64,000 nt of DNA from Phyllobates terribilis (GCF_046119375.1 NW_027362761.1:359476001-359540000); one strand, 5' to 3'. Shown: positions 10,790-24,949, counted from the stretch's first letter. A program made the numbers and translations. The notes: generated from the sequence alone by a model not told the origin.

Positions 10790-13110
10790 GTCATGATTTT
10801 TAGAATGCTGCAAAAACGCTGCATAGAGTGGTACCCAGGTTGGCTGGGGAGGACTACTACTCCCATCATCCAACCGCCGGTCCCACTGATAACAGCGAGA
10901 GCGGCGCGGCTGAGGGGAGTAGTCGTGTCCTCAGGCAAGCCGGGACTGCGCACAGTGTAAAAAAACAAAAAAACACTATGCTTACCTGCCCGCCGTCCCC
11001 CGGCGGTACACTTCCGGGGGCACGCTCGCTCCGGCCAGTGTACATCGCTACGCTGCCAGGACCTGGGGTCATGTGAACTCTCAGCTGAAGATCAGCTGAG
11101 AGCTCACGTGACCTCACTTTACGGCACCGGTGCTGCGTGGGAACATTCTCAAGAACGTTCCCACGTACCACTGATGCGGAGGTCACCGGGGGTGATCAGC
11201 TGATCTTCAGCTGATGAACCCAAGTGACCTCACTCCTGCAGCAGAGCCATGTACACTGACAGGAGTGATTTTACACTCCTGTCAATGTACATTGCTGATG
11301 TCACTGCTGTAGAAGTGACCCGGATAGCCGAGGGACAATATGGACTACTTCGTGATGGCGGACAGGTGAGGGATATGGTTGTTTTTTATTTATTTATTTT
11401 TTACAGAAGATCAAGGGATTCGAGGACTGGGCGTGAAATAAAATGACACACTGTTTTAAAAATGTTATTTCATCAAAATACTTTATTCTGGCCGTGTCTT
11501 ATTGAAAAAGCGGCAAAATCTTTACTACGCGGTTAGTAATAGTTTTACAGACGCCTCTCCATTACTAACCTGGGCTTCATGTCAGCCGCCAATACAAGGC
11601 TGACATGAACCCCATTCGCCACCGTGGGAGGCAGTGGGAAGAGCACAGGCTAAACGCCAGATTTGGCACATCTTATGGATGCGCCATTTCTGGGACTGCT
11701 GAGGGGTGATATTGTTAGCCGTGGAGTATCCATGGCCCCTGCCCTGGGAATTAATATCAGCCCGCAGCAGTCTGTTTAGCCTTTTTTGGTTAAGTTTTAT
11801 AGTGGGACCCTATGTCAATTTTTTTCTGGGGTCCCCCTGTAATCTACCAAGTAAAGGCTAAGCAAACAGGTGGGGGCTGACATGAATAGCCAGAGAACAT
11901 TTTTGGCTAATGGCCCCTTCCCCGGCTACTAATATCAGCTCCCAGCGGTAAGCTTTTCCTCTGCTGGTTATGAAAATGACGAGGGAGCCCACGCCATTTT
12001 TTTTTTTTTTAAATTTTAGGCTCTATGCCCATGATTCAGACTTAGCAGAGCTTTGGACGTATATTTTTGCTGCGTCCAAAACGTTGCATTCTATTGAACG
12101 CAGGCAAATCCGCATGTGTTCACTGAACCATGTGTATTTACCGCATTCAATACATTCTAGTGGACAAATTTCTGTTACGGAGACTATCGACTCTGCAAGA
12201 GAATTTGACTTGCTGCGGTCCTGAAAGACGCGCTGCATGTCAGTGTCCACGGGTGATCCGCAGCCTCTGATGCACGCATAGTGGACATGGGATTTCTAGA
12301 AATCCCATCCACTATGCTGTAACATCTGGACGCTGCAGGTTTGATGCTGCATAAACACGCAGCTTCAAACCTGCAGCGGCTCCTGACCATGGGCATGTAC
12401 CCAAACTCACCCGCAGCATGTCAATTTCTGTAGCGGACACGCTAGTCTCCACTGCAGATTTTGACCGATTGAAGTGTCATTATATGCAGTGGATTCACAT
12501 GTACCGACAACAAAAGTGCAGCCTTAGAACACCGCGTTTTGGACACAGCAAAAATACGCTGCGTCCAAAGCGCTGCTTGTTGCTGTTTATGGGGTCATAG
12601 CGGCTGACGAAACTGCCGTGAGCTGTTAATAATAGCCAGAGACCATGTTTGCCTAATTGCACCTTCCTAGGCTAAAAATAGCAGCTCTCAGCTGCCCCAG
12701 AAATGACATAAATAGAAATGCTAATGAAGATTGGGTGAATTGGATTAGCGGACACCTAGCTCTTTTGTTTGGTGATGACAAGTGGCAATCAGACCCTTTC
12801 ATTACAAAACCTAAATTACTTTACTTTAAAGAGTTAAACATACAGACCCATAGAAAACACTATTTGAAATACAACAGACACATTCTTAAATTAACCAATA
12901 TACTCACCCCAGTTCTGACGGTAATCCAAGGGATAAAGCAATGTCCCACGTTCCTTTTCAAATAACTTACTTTAGCTCCAAAAACGCATTAAAAAAACCA
13001 TCAAAATTGCGGCAAAACGCGCATTCTCTCAATTTTTTTCCTGCCAAGGAGATGCAGAAACGCTGCAGAAATTTCTGCTTCAAATCCTGAACGTGCGCAC
13101 TTAGCCTTAG
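10790..13110. repeat. Composite of non-autonomous DNA-transposon modules
   Basis: Shares modules (GGATGCGCCATTTCTGGG, AATATCAGCCCC, GACGCCTCTCCATTACTAACC) with 21020-23400, 31360-32170 and 50150-50700. Boundaries are approximate. Confidence 0.6.
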
Positions 13111-13278
13111 GCCGGTTTCAAGTGTTATGCTCTGTCTTACGCCTATAAAACTTCCATGATGAGCTGAGCCCAGATCGCTATACTAAAGAACCTCACAGTA
13201 ATCGAAATATACAAAAAGTGCGGCAGCATACTCTGCATATATCTTGGTTCACAAACATTAAATATATGGACATAAATA

Positions 13279-14851
13279 CACTGCTCAAAAAAATAAGGGG
13301 AACGCAAACAGAATATAACTCCAAGTAAATCAAACTTCTGTGAAATCAAATAGTCCACTTAGGAAGCAACACTGATTGACAATCAATTTCACATGCTGTT
13401 GTGCAAATGGAATAGACAATAGATGGAAATTATTGGCAATTATCAAGACACCCTCAATAAAGGAGTGGTTCTGCAGGTTGGCACCACAGACCACATCTCA
13501 GTACCAATGCTTTCTGGCTGATGTTTTGGTCACTTTTGAATGTTGGTTGTGCTTTCACACTCGTGGTAGCATGAGACGGACTCTACAACGAACAGAAGTT
13601 GCTCAGGTAGTGCAGCTCATCCAGGATGGCACATCAATGCGAGCTGTGGCAAGAAGGTTTGCCATGTCTGTCAGCGTAGTGTCCAGAGGCTGGAGGCACT
13701 ACCAGGAGACAGGCCAGTACACCAGGAGACGTGGAGGGGGCTGTAGGAGGGCAACAACCCAACAGCAGGACCGCTACCTCCGCCTTTGTGCAAGGAGGAA
13801 CAGGAGGAGAACTGCCAAAGCCCGGCAAAATGACCTCCAGCAGGCCACAAATGTGCATGTGTCTGCACAAACGGTTAGGAACCGACTCCATGAGGGTGGT
13901 ATGAGGGCCCGACATCCACAGATGGGGGTTGTGCTCAGAGCCCAACACCGTGCAGGACGCTAGGCATTTGCCACAGAACACCAGGATTGGCAAAGTCGCC
14001 ACTGGTGCCATTTGTGCTCTTCACAGATGAAAGCAGGTTCACATTGAGCACATGTGACAGAGTCTGGAGACGCTGTGGAGAGCGATCTGCTGCCTGCAAA
14101 ATCCTTCAGCATGACCGGTTTGGCAGCGGGTCAGTAATGGTGTGGGGTGGCATTTCTTTGGAGGGCCGCACAGCCCTCCATGTGCTCGCTAGAGGTAGCC
14201 TGACTGCCATTAGGTACCGAGATGAGATCCTCAGACCCCTTGTGCCCTTGTGAGACCATATGCTGGTGCGGTTGGCCCTGGGTTCCTCCTAATGCAGGAC
14301 AATGCCAGACCCCTCATGTGGCTGGAGTGTGTCAGCAGTTCCTGCAAGATGAAGGCATTGACGCTATGGACTGGCCCGCCCATTTCTCAGACCTGAATCC
14401 GATTGAGCACATCTGGGACATCATGTCTTGCTCCATTCACCGTCACGTTGCACCACAGACAGTCCAGGAGTTGGCGGATGCTTTAGTCCAGGTCTGGGAG
14501 GAGATCCCACAGGAGACCATCCGCAACCTCATCAGGAGCATGCCCAGGCGTTATAGGGAGGTCATACAGGCACGTGGAGGCCACACACAATACTGAGCCT
14601 CATTTTGACTTGTTTTAAGGACATTACATCAAAGTTGGATTAGCCTGTAGTGTGTTTTTCCACTTTAATTTTGGGGGTGACTCCAAATCCAGGCCTCCAT
14701 TGGTTAATAAATTTGATTTCCATTGATGATTTTTGTGTGATTGTTGTCAGCACATTCAACTTTGTACAGAACAAAGTATTCAACGAGAATATTTCATTCA
14801 TTCAGATCTAGGATGTGTTATTTGAGTGTTCCCTTTATTTTTTGAGCAGTG
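13279..14851 (+). mobile_element. Tc1-like transposon, full length (1573 bp), transposase inactivated (13571-14596)
   Basis: TIRs CACTGCTCAAAAAAATAA / TTATTTTTTGAGCAGTG with TA TSDs; peptides LFTDESRF, VMVWGGIS and DWPAHFSDLNPIEHIWD split by a stop and frameshifts. Confidence 0.95.
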
Positions 14852-15046
14852 TACATTACAGCCATAAAGACTATACTTCTAAAATTAAGGTAATTAGCAC
14901 ACAAATTGGCCAATTTGTGTGTGCCCACTAGCCACTATAAAGGCGTACATTTCTTTCTTTATTACCATACCTCTCCGGGGACAAAGGCTACAAATGTAAA
15001 GGACAGATACAATCAGGATCGAGCACCAACTAAAAACAACTTTAAG

Positions 15047-15869
15047 GCTATGTGCCCACGATGCAGAAATGCTCCGGATTTTTTCCTGAGCATTTCTGCA
15101 TCTCCCTGCCAGAAAAAAACGCATGCGGATTGTACATGTGTTTTTCCTGGCAGGGACATGCGTATGTGAAGCATTCTTCTCAAGCATGTCCGCATGCGGG
15201 TTGACAAGCGCTTTCCAAGCGATTTTAGCATCACTTGGAAAGTGCTTGACAACTTGGCCACACTATATAAATCCATGCAAACGGCATGGATTAATATAGT
15301 GTGACCCCAAAGAATGTCAAAAAATAAAAAAATAAATCTATACTTACCTTCCGATGGCCCCCGGAGTCTTGCTTCGCTCCGTCCTGGCTTGCCGGCAGCT
15401 CATGGTACACTACACTGAAGGACCTGACTAAATGATGTCAGCGCAGGTCCTTCAGTCCACTGCGAGCTGCCGGCAAGCGAAGACAAGGAGACTGGGGGCC
15501 ATTAGAAGGTAAATATCATATTTATTTTTTACAGGTTCTATGGTACCCGGGTCCGGAGGAGAGTCTCCTCTCCTCCAGACCCAGGTACCATCCGCACATT
15601 GAAATGCTTGGATTCCGCATGTACAGATGCAGTGATGCGGAATCCAAGCGTTCCAATGAAAGTCAATGGCGGCGAAAATGCAGCACTTCCGCAAAATAAT
15701 TGGTAGTGCTGCGTTTTTTTTCCGCAAGGATAACCCGCAGCATGTGCACAGCACATGCGGATTATCATTGGGGAACATGGCAGGCCTTCTACCATGCATT
15801 TTTTAAGTGTTTCTGCAGCGTTTTTGCCGCTGCGGAAACGCTTAAAAAACATATCGTGGGCACACAGCC
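15047..15869. mobile_element. Non-autonomous Harbinger-like element
   Basis: TIR GGCTATGTGCCCACGAT / ATCGTGGGCACACAGCC flanked by TAA/TGA. Confidence 0.65.
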
Positions 15870-17138
15870 TGAGCCTCATTTAGAACCATGATGCACTGAC
15901 CGACTGCGGGTCTGCTGACCTGAACTTGGAAGTCTCATATGTGCTTATGAGGCTGTCACGATCAGGTCTGGAGACCTACAGACAGTCCGTGCATCAAGGT
16001 TGGTACATGGAACGTGTTTTATAGATGTCTGAATGAGGCTTTATATTGATTAGCAGAATGCTCAACCAACTGAGGAGGCAATCACAGCCTCCAATTGTAT
16101 GCCACAAAAGAATCTGACCAGCACCTCCTAACAATGTGAACAAGTGCTGGCTGCTGTGACTGTGATATATACATAACCATGCATTGAACGATACATATTG
16201 CATCAAAGCAGCTTGCACCTATTCACATTTATTACTTGGTCACACTATATAAATCCATGCCGGTTGCAAGTTGTCAAGCATTTTTCCAAGTGATGCTAAA
16301 ATCGCTTGGAAAAGTGCTTGATAACCCGCATGCAGAAATGCATGTAGTTTATTAATCTTTCAGAAACATTCATTAAAATGCTAACTAGTTATAACAAGGT
16401 TCTTCCCTTGAACAAACAAATGAGTGGTGTTCTGGCCACCAAATTCCTTTTGTATAGAAATAAACATCATCATTGACTACTGGCAAAAGCTTTTATTAAA
16501 TTTATATTATGTAGCCCTATAGTAAGCTTCTTGCTTTCAGTATCAGGTGAATTAAATTCATTTTATTTTGCATAACTACATGGTTTTAAATCCTATAGTC
16601 CAATGTAAATTCTTTTAAAAGCGTTTTCTGGGAAGTAACATTGGCAGCTATAAATCTCTAATTTGTGTGATTCAACCCGTCCATGTCAATATGGCGGCAC
16701 TACAGGTCAAGCCCATTCAAGCGAATGAGGCCAAGTTAAAGTAAGAGAAACAGCGCATAGATCACAGTGACACAGAGTCAGGTGTTACAGACGCAGTCCC
16801 TCCCTTATAAAATCTGGTAACCTTCCTCTAATTCCAGGGATTTGGTCACCATCAATTAGGGCATATCCTAAATAAACGTATCTAATGGTCCTTTCTGGAA
16901 AACCTCTAATTTCTTAAAGTGCTTTATCTGAAGTAAATGCAGCAATGACCGATTATCTACAGTATAACTGGGGAAGAACTACGTTTGGTGCTCCTTCGAG
17001 ATCTGAACTACACCTCCTAGTCAGCTCTTTTAACCACAGTTCTAAAACAAAGCACTTCACGTAGGAATAGTTGCAAAACTAGTCATACATATACATGTCT
17101 TTAAGAAGGGGAACATGACAACAGAAGTGTTCGTATTT

Positions 17139-18233
17139 TCACAACGACTTTTTCGACTGTGCACAGTGCATCCCTTCATCGCTCACTAAAGTCCACATGA
17201 TCCACATCTCTGTAGGATTTAGTTTGTGAACAACCATTAGCCCTTTATACAAACATGGATCAAATGGATTAACAGGTTTACGGATACCAAAGGTTTTGAA
17301 ACCAGCATGAAACTGTGGGGTCAGATTCATTTTTTCAAGGCACATGCCAACAAAAACATCATCAATAGGGAAGAGTTCAGTGGTTTCAGCTGTGCTAAGA
17401 AGACGTTGAGTAGTCCTCCTAGACATTAAGTAGCCTCCTCCTCCAGCATATAAAGGATAATGACTTTTATTGTACATTTCCTGTGGAATGAAATATTTTA
17501 CTTTAGTATTTCTAATTGGAATTGCTTTGCTGATTACATCTCCAACAAAAAGATCTTGTTCTGGATCCATCTCCTGAAGAAACTCTACAATATTGTATGT
17601 GTTAATGAAAACATCGTCATCACCTTTCAGGACAAAGCTGCTGTGTGAGCATCCTTCTGTGAACCATCTCAAGAAATGAAGCTCCTTAAGTGTAAGGTTA
17701 AAAAAATTGTCTATAAAATTCCACTGGATGATGTCATTAAACTCTCTGTGTTCATAAGAAATGAGCTGGGCCAGTGACCGAGCTGGTATGCTGGCCTCAG
17801 TCTTGCCGAGCAAGAACACCAGCTTAATCTTCTTGCCCTGAAATTCTTGCTTTTTTCCCCAGGTATTCCTTATAGCAATCCGCCGATCTATATTAATAGG
17901 AAGAGACTTTATGGCCAATAATAAAAAGGTATCTTTTTCACATTGCTTCGGCATGATAAGAGTGGAAAAGTTCCGGCAGTGCCTGTACATCAAGAACAAG
18001 CGGTGCAGTTCAGGAAAGGTTGAGGAAGCATTCAGCATGGATACGTCAGGAGAACACTGGGTGACTCTTTGTAGTGAAGGAGCCCAGAAGACAAATTCTT
18101 GTTTTTGTGTTTCTGCTTTTCTAGGGACAACAGGGTCAACCTCTGTTTTAGTGTCTTTGTAAAAGTAGATAAAAACCCCAAATACTAACAAAGACAAGGT
18201 ATAGAGCACAAGATTTCGCAGCCGAAGAACCAT
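17139..18233 (-). CDS. B3GNT4: N-acetyllactosaminide beta-1,3-N-acetylglucosaminyltransferase 4 (GT31), single main coding exon, 364 aa from ATG 18233
   Basis: Type II membrane anchor ([17 protein letters not shown]); GT31 motifs [35 protein letters not shown] (DxD), YAGGGGY and [11 protein letters not shown]; B3GNT4-type [10 protein letters not shown] and [10 protein letters not shown]...DPCLY...EMWIMWTLV. Recognised from memory of the human protein. The frame is intact. Confidence 0.93.
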   Translation of the reverse strand: MVLRLRNLVLYTLSLLVFGVFIYFYKDTKTEVDPVVPRKAETQKQEFVFWAPSLQRVTQCSPDVSMLNASSTFPELHRLFLMYRHCRNFSTLIMPKQCEKDTFLLLAIKSLPINIDRRIAIRNTWGKKQEFQGKKIKLVFLLGKTEASIPARSLAQLISYEHREFNDIIQWNFIDNFFNLTLKELHFLRWFTEGCSHSSFVLKGDDDVFINTYNIVEFLQEMDPEQDLFVGDVISKAIPIRNTKVKYFIPQEMYNKSHYPLYAGGGGYLMSRRTTQRLLSTAETTELFPIDDVFVGMCLEKMNLTPQFHAGFKTFGIRKPVNPFDPCLYKGLMVVHKLNPTEMWIMWTLVSDEGMHCAQSKKSL

Positions 18234-18258
18234 CTCTGTGCAGAGACTTTGTTTTTTT

Positions 18259-18290
18259 CCTATAAAATGAACAAAATAGAAATGAGTCAA
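18259..18290 (-). promoter_or_regulatory. 3' splice acceptor of the B3GNT4 coding exon
   Basis: Minus strand TTGACTCATTTCTATTTTGTTCATTTTATAG|GAAA, with AG at 18261-18260, 26 nt upstream of the ATG. Confidence 0.7.
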
Positions 18291-20378
18291 GCAAAAAAAC
18301 TATTTCTATAACCAACAAAATTGAATGTCTAAAGAAAAGAACACATAAGCAACCAAAAACTGCAACCATGCAAGCCTCAAACCTCTGTAGTTTTCTGAAT
18401 GACTATCCATTTTTAACAATCTATCAATAGCTCATTGTTAATGGATGTGTGATTTTGCGAATTTAGCGTGGCTTTAGTTTTCAGGTTGCCATGGGTGGCT
18501 GTATCTTAAAGCTCTGTTCACATCTGCTTTGGAGGAATCAGTCATTTTGATGAAAAGAAAAGCAATGCTTGCAGCATAAAATCTGACAGAATTACGCAGG
18601 GCCTACCCGCCATCTTTGGTCACAGCTGTCAAGTGACCAAAGTTTGCTTGGTGTCACTGATACATCACAGCACCATACAAGTGAATGGGGTCATACTGTG
18701 CCAGTTGCAATGCAGTTAGACTTGGTCTAGCTGACTGTTCAAGGTTACACTGCTGGGCACTAAGCTCTCGATGCTGGTTTCCCATGCATAGAGGCATTAC
18801 ACTGGTCCTATATATTTCACTACACCCTATATGATCTCTACTAGAGGCTCCTCTATTACAGTTTACAAGGAGTTGTCTAAAATAAACTACAAGTTAGCTT
18901 TGAAAATCGTATATAGCATAGAAAACATTAATTTCTTTTCAATCAAGAAATCGTGTGTATAACTTTCAAACAAGCCAAGTGTCATCCTATTAAAAATAAA
19001 GGAAAAGCATTACACAATCCTATAACAACCTTCCACAATGTGCCAACTATTTACAGCGCTCATTTAATGTCTGTTGTCATTAAAGGGCCTATTAATACTA
19101 AATTGAAACCAATGTTAGAAATACTAATCAGCTGTTAAGAAAATGTTAAAAATGATTAAAGCTTATTAGGTTACATTTTAAAAAAAAACAAAAACCCACA
19201 CTTGCACTGTAGGAGACAATGTGCAGACATTATGGATTAACCCTCTAATGCTGGAGGCATTTTGGACCTTACAGATCAAACTATCGTTCGCAACTTTCCA
19301 CACTGTGGTCAACTAGCTTTATCCTTTGAAAAGATTAGGCCTTGTGCTCACGGGCATATTGTGGACACAACCATATAAATATAGCACCCTCAGACAACTT
19401 TGGGCCTACATTAGATCTCTAATTTCATGCAAAAAGAAATAGTCTATATAAATAGGTGTGAAAAATTCAAGAAATCTTGCCATTTTTCACTACATACAGG
19501 GGAGAATACTAGGGAGTATAGGGGAGTGTCTTATCAAGGTACACCACTTTCTAAGAAAGATAGCAAGTCGTATTAAAGGACAATAGCACCATGATAAGAA
19601 GAGCCGTCATGGGTCCAGTTAGATCTTTCCATTTGATCACATAACCAGTCTTCCAGCAACTGCTGCTGCCCCGAGTGTATATTCCCCATTGAACTGCTGC
19701 TGCTTGCTCATATGTAGCAATCAAATAGGCAAACCATATTAAAAAAGGCGTTGTCTACCTCAGGGAAAACTTACAGAAAACAGTGCAGCTTGCCAAATAA
19801 TAATAAAAATAATAATAACAGAGTGTAATATACACACTGTAAGGATTCCACTCTGCTACCCAGTCCGAGCGGCCATCTCATGACAGCAGGTATGTGATTA
19901 TATCACACACTGTTAGTATTCAGCAAGCTGTACGGCTTGCCAAAAGTTTACCCTGTGGTGGAAAGTCCCTTTAAAATATTGTTTTTGCCTTTTCTGCTGG
20001 GTATAAGACAGTCCCTGATACAAGTCTCTAGAAAACGCCCCCAATATCACTAAATAAATCTAAAAAAAAATATATAATCTTATTTTTATTAGAAAAAAAT
20101 GCACTTCTACCTTCAGAAATGCATAATTTAGTTAAAAACATTTCTTTTAACCCCCTGCCACATCACTACATTTGGCCCTGAGCTATTCTCAGTTTGTAGT
20201 GCTTAGAGCTGTAATGTGCTTTTGCTGTATCAGCAGGTACTCAGAAAGTTAGTCTGTATAGGCTTGTTGATCCACTAGCATATGTGGGGATAATGTTTGT
20301 AAAGCGCTGCTGAATATGATGGATCTATATAAGCAACACAAAAAAAATTAATTAAATGCGTCATACATGGGTAAAGAC

Positions 20379-23300
20379 TAGTGTTGAGCGATACCTTCCG
20401 ATATCAGGAAATATCGGATCGGATTGGATCGGGCAGATACCCAAAAAGTATCGGATATCGCCGATTCCGATACCGGAGACCAATGCAAGTCAATGGGACA
20501 CAAATATCGGAATGAAAATAAACCCTTTCTTTCCTTGTAGGTTAATTCTACATGAAGGAAAACAACTAACAATAATGTAGAATGTATTGGGGGAGGTGGT
20601 TGCTCAAATCGATGGGAACAGTGCTCACAGTGAAACATGAAAAGCCGGCAATTCAGCAGTGGCATACACCGGTACCCGACAATTTAGAACAGAAAGAATA
20701 GAGCTTCACACATAGATTAGATAGATAGAAACATGTCAGTCACATATATAAGAAGTACAGTGACAGTGTTGCTTACTGTACTTGTCATTTAGTGAAAGGA
20801 TTTATTTAAAAAAATAACAGTGTTTTCATGCACCGTCTCTTTAAAAAAGCCGGCCGGCAATTCAGCAGCGGTACCCGACAATTTATAACAGAAAGAATAG
20901 AGAATCACACATAGATTAGATAGACAGAAACATGTCAGTCACATATATAATAAGTACAGTGATAGTGTTGGTTACTGTACTTGTCATTTAGTGTTAAAAT
21001 AAAGGATTTATTAAAAAAAAAAATTGGCGTGGGGTTCCCCGTAATTTTAGGCTCTAGCGGAGGTTAAGCGGACGGCTGGGGCAGATGTTTGAAGCCTGGG
21101 AAGGGGGTAATACCCACGGAGCTCCCCAGGCTACTAATATCAGCCCCCAGCTGAATACCTAGCCTTTACTAGCTATTAAAATGGGGGACCCCCCCAAAAA
21201 AATGACGTGGGGTCCCCCATATTTTAATAGCTAGCAAAGGCTAGGCAGACAGCTGGGGGCTGATATTAATAGCCCAGGAAGGGTGCCATGAATATTGGCC
21301 CCCTTCCAGGCTAGAAACACCAGCCATCCCAGAAATGGCGCATCCATAGGATGCGCCAATTCTGGCACTTAGCCTCGCTCTTCCCACTGCCCTGTAGCGG
21401 TGGCAGTGGGGTAATAGGGCTGGGGTTGATGTCAGCTTATAATGCCAGCTGACATCAAGCCCAGGTTAGTAATGGAGAGGCGTCTATAAGACACCCCCAT
21501 TACTAACCCCATAGTCAAAGTTAAAAAAAAAACACAAACACCCAGAATAAAGTCCTTTAATTGAAATAAAGACACAATTCTTTATTGTTCTAAATTAAAC
21601 CATACTTACCGTCACGCCCATTCCAGCTGAAGCCAACGATCTCCTGCAATAAAAATAAAATAATAAAGCAACATCATCCTTACCTTTCCACGGTTCCCAG
21701 GACAGCTTCAGCTCTGCTACATCGAGATGACAGGCTGGACAAAAAGCAGAAAGCTGCCATCCAGCCTGTCATCCCGCAGACACTGAGAAGCGCAGGCTTG
21801 CTTGCGCTCCTCAGTGTCTGGCTGTGACGGCATCCAGATGAGCCGACAATGAACTCAGATCACCTCATGCACGTCACTGACAGCGTGGGAGAATTCTCCT
21901 GCGCATGCGGTGAGCGTGAGAGACTCGGCTCATCTGGATGCCGTCATAGCCTGACACTGAGGAGAGCAAGCATGCCTGCGCTTCTCAGTGTCAGCCTGCG
22001 GGATGACAGGCTGGATGGCAGCTTTCTGCTGCGGTCCAGCCTGTCATCTTGATGTAGCAGAGCTGAAGCTGTCCTGGGAACCATGGAAAGGTAAGGATGA
22101 TGTTGCTTTATTATTTTTCTTTTATTGCATGAGATCGTTGGCTTCAGCTGGAATGGGCGTGATGGTAAGTATGGTTTAATTTAGAACAATAAAGAATTGT
22201 GTGTTTATTTCAATTAAAGGACTTTATTCTGGGTGTTGTGTTTTTTTTTTAAATACTTTACTAGAAATTCATGGCGGTCATGTCTAATATTGGCGTGACC
22301 CCATGAATTTCGGGCTTAGGGCCAGCTGATAATGCCAAGCTGGCCCTAACCCCTTTATTACCCAGTGAGCCACCGCACCAGGGCCCTGGATGAGTTGGGT
22401 ACAGCGCCAGAAGATGGCGCTTCTATGAACGCGCCATTTTCCGGGGTGGCTGCGGACTGCAATTTGCAGCGGGGGGGGGGGGCCCAGAAAGCTTGGGCCT
22501 CCCTGCGCTGCAGATTCCAGCCCTCAGCTGCCTAGTTGTACCTGACTGGACACAAAAATAGGGTGAAGCCCCACGTATTTTTTTTTTTTAATTATTTCAT
22601 GAAATAATTTAAAAAAAAAAAAAAAGGCTTCCCTATATTGTTGTGTCCGGCCAGGTACAAATAGGCAGCTGGGAGTTGGGGGCAGCCCGTTCCTGGATGC
22701 TGTACCTGGCTGGCATACAAAAATATGGCAAAGCCCACGTCAACATTTTTGGGAAAAATTAATTAAAAAATAAATAATAATTTAGGGACTGCATCTTTAT
22801 TAACCCCTCAAGTGTAATTTAGTGTTAAAATAAAGGATTTATTAAAAAAAAAAATTGGCGTGGGGATCCCCCATAATTTTAGTCTCTAGCGGAGGTTAAG
22901 CAGACGGCTGGGGCAGATGTTTGAAGCCTGGGGAGGGGGTAAAACCCACGGAGATTCCCAGGCTACTAATATCAGCCCCCAGCTGAATACCTAGCCTTTA
23001 CTAGCTATTAAAATGGGAGACCCCCCCAAAAAAATGACGTGGGGTCCACCCTATTTTAATAGCTAGCAAAGGCTAGGCAGACAGCTGGGGGCTGATATTA
23101 ATAGCCCAGGAAGGGTGCCATGAATATTGGCCCCCTCCCAGGCTAGAAACACCAGCCCTCAGCCGCCCCAGAAATTGCGCATCCATAGGATGCGCCAATT
23201 CTGGCACTTAGCCTCGCTCTTCCACGCTGCCCTGGTGCGGTGGCAGGGGGTAATAGTGCTGGGGTTCATGTCAGCGCCAGCTGCCATGAAGCCCAGGTTA

Positions 23301-24949
23301 GTAATTATGGGCGTCTATAAGACACCCCCATTACTAACCTACAAAGTGTTAAAAAGAAAAAACACACTACACCCAGAAAAAAATAATTTATTTGAAATAA
23401 AACACACCATTTTATTTAATTCTTACTAAAAAAAAATAGTTACCTGTCCACGTTCCTGCGCTGATCTCCCATGCACAGCTGTCACATCTGGAGATGGTGA
23501 CAGCTGTGCATGGCTGCTGTAAGCTCACACTGCCGGGAACACGTCTGCTCCCGGCAGCGTGAGCCCCTTGACTGAGGTCACCGGAGTGCATTCAGTCAGC
23601 GCAGCTCCGGAGACCTCCTTTACGGCACTGCTGTACCGTGGGAATTTCTCACGGTACAGCAGGGCCGTAAAGGAAGTCACCGGAGCAGCGCTGCCTGAAC
23701 TCCGGCGAACCCGCTCATGCAATGACGGGGCTGCTTTACGGCCCCGTCATTCTAGCGGCGGCAGCGGTTCAGAGCGGTCACATTCTATGTGGCTGCTCTA
23801 AACTGGAGATCTTCGTGGGATACTCGTGGACTACTACGGAGGGGTAAGGATAAGGTTGTGGTTTATTATTTTATATTTTATTACAGGAGATCGATGGCTT
23901 CGGGGAATTAGGTGTCTAGGTGAGTATAGGTGTAGTTTTTTATTTTTTACTTTATTTTAGGTGGCGATCGGCGGGGACAGGTAATGTATAAACTAATTTA
24001 TTTTAGGTAACCACTGGCCACCAATGAAATGTATTTAAAATTTATTGGGGACCAACAACCCCCCAAAAAAAATATAGGGGCCTAAATAAAACATAGGGGG
24101 GACAAAATAACATATGGGCCAGTTTAAGGGGCAATTTAAATAGCAGGATCAGGCTGATGGGAACTACTGCTCCCATCAAGCTGATCCTGCTGGCACGAGT
24201 GGACGGGGGACAGACATAGGCCGATGGGAGTAGTAGTGTCACATCGGCCTATGTCTGCCTGCACGCACACATCCCACACACACATGGAGCACACACATCG
24301 CGCACACACCAATCATGACGGGCTGATGGTCTGGGAGGTGAGGCTGACCTGTGCGGCCGTGGGAAAGTTCATGTGAGTTCATGCAGTCAAGCATGAACTC
24401 ACATGAACCCTCTGAGGGCACCGTGGCTACTTCAAATGAACAGCTGATCGGCATCATCTGATACCTCAGCTGTTCATTTGAAATAACCGGCGGGAGAGCG
24501 CAGCACAGAACGGGAAAGCCGCGGTGAAGTCTTTTCACTGCCGGCTTCCCCGCCCGGGTCCTTCGCTCCCCGCTCCCTGGTGCTGCGCTCCCCGCCCGGT
24601 CCTAACTTACGATCGAGATGGGAGGTGGCGAGGGGAGCGGAGGATCGGGGTGGTAGGCTGCGGGGAAGCAGTATGGGGCTGTGTGATTGTTTAAAAGCCG
24701 GCGGCTTTTTACCGCCCACCGGCTTTTAAACAATCAGGAGAATTCTTTCAAGCTGGGATGGCATTCTGATGACAGGCTGGATCGCAGCTGAGCGCTGCCA
24801 TCCAGCTTGTCATCCTTCAGAGACACTGCAGAGCGCAGGCATTATGGGAACTTCCGATTCCGGTATTCGATATTGTAAAAATATCGGAACTCCGATACTG
24901 TAATATCGGGTATCGGCCGATATTCGCGGTATCGGAATGCTCAACACTA
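20379..24949. mobile_element. Non-autonomous hAT-superfamily element (4571 bp), no transposase
   Basis: TIR TAGTGTTGAGC / GCTCAACACTA; perfect 8-bp TSD GTAAAGAC (20371-20378, 24950-24957); subterminal ATCGG/CCGAT repeats; internal direct duplications (20646-20793 vs 20854-20993; about 20990-21520 vs 22818-23350). Confidence 0.9.
21531..22250. repeat. Long inverted repeat (about 310-bp arms, 78-nt spacer) inside the hAT element
   Basis: 21531-21846 is the near-perfect reverse complement of 21925-22250. Confidence 0.88.

Noticed and set aside
18234-18290. ORF-track start of B3GNT4 at 18290 (MTHFY...)
   Set aside because: It is a non-ATG start inside a polypyrimidine tract/acceptor; the first ATG (18233) directly precedes the signal anchor.
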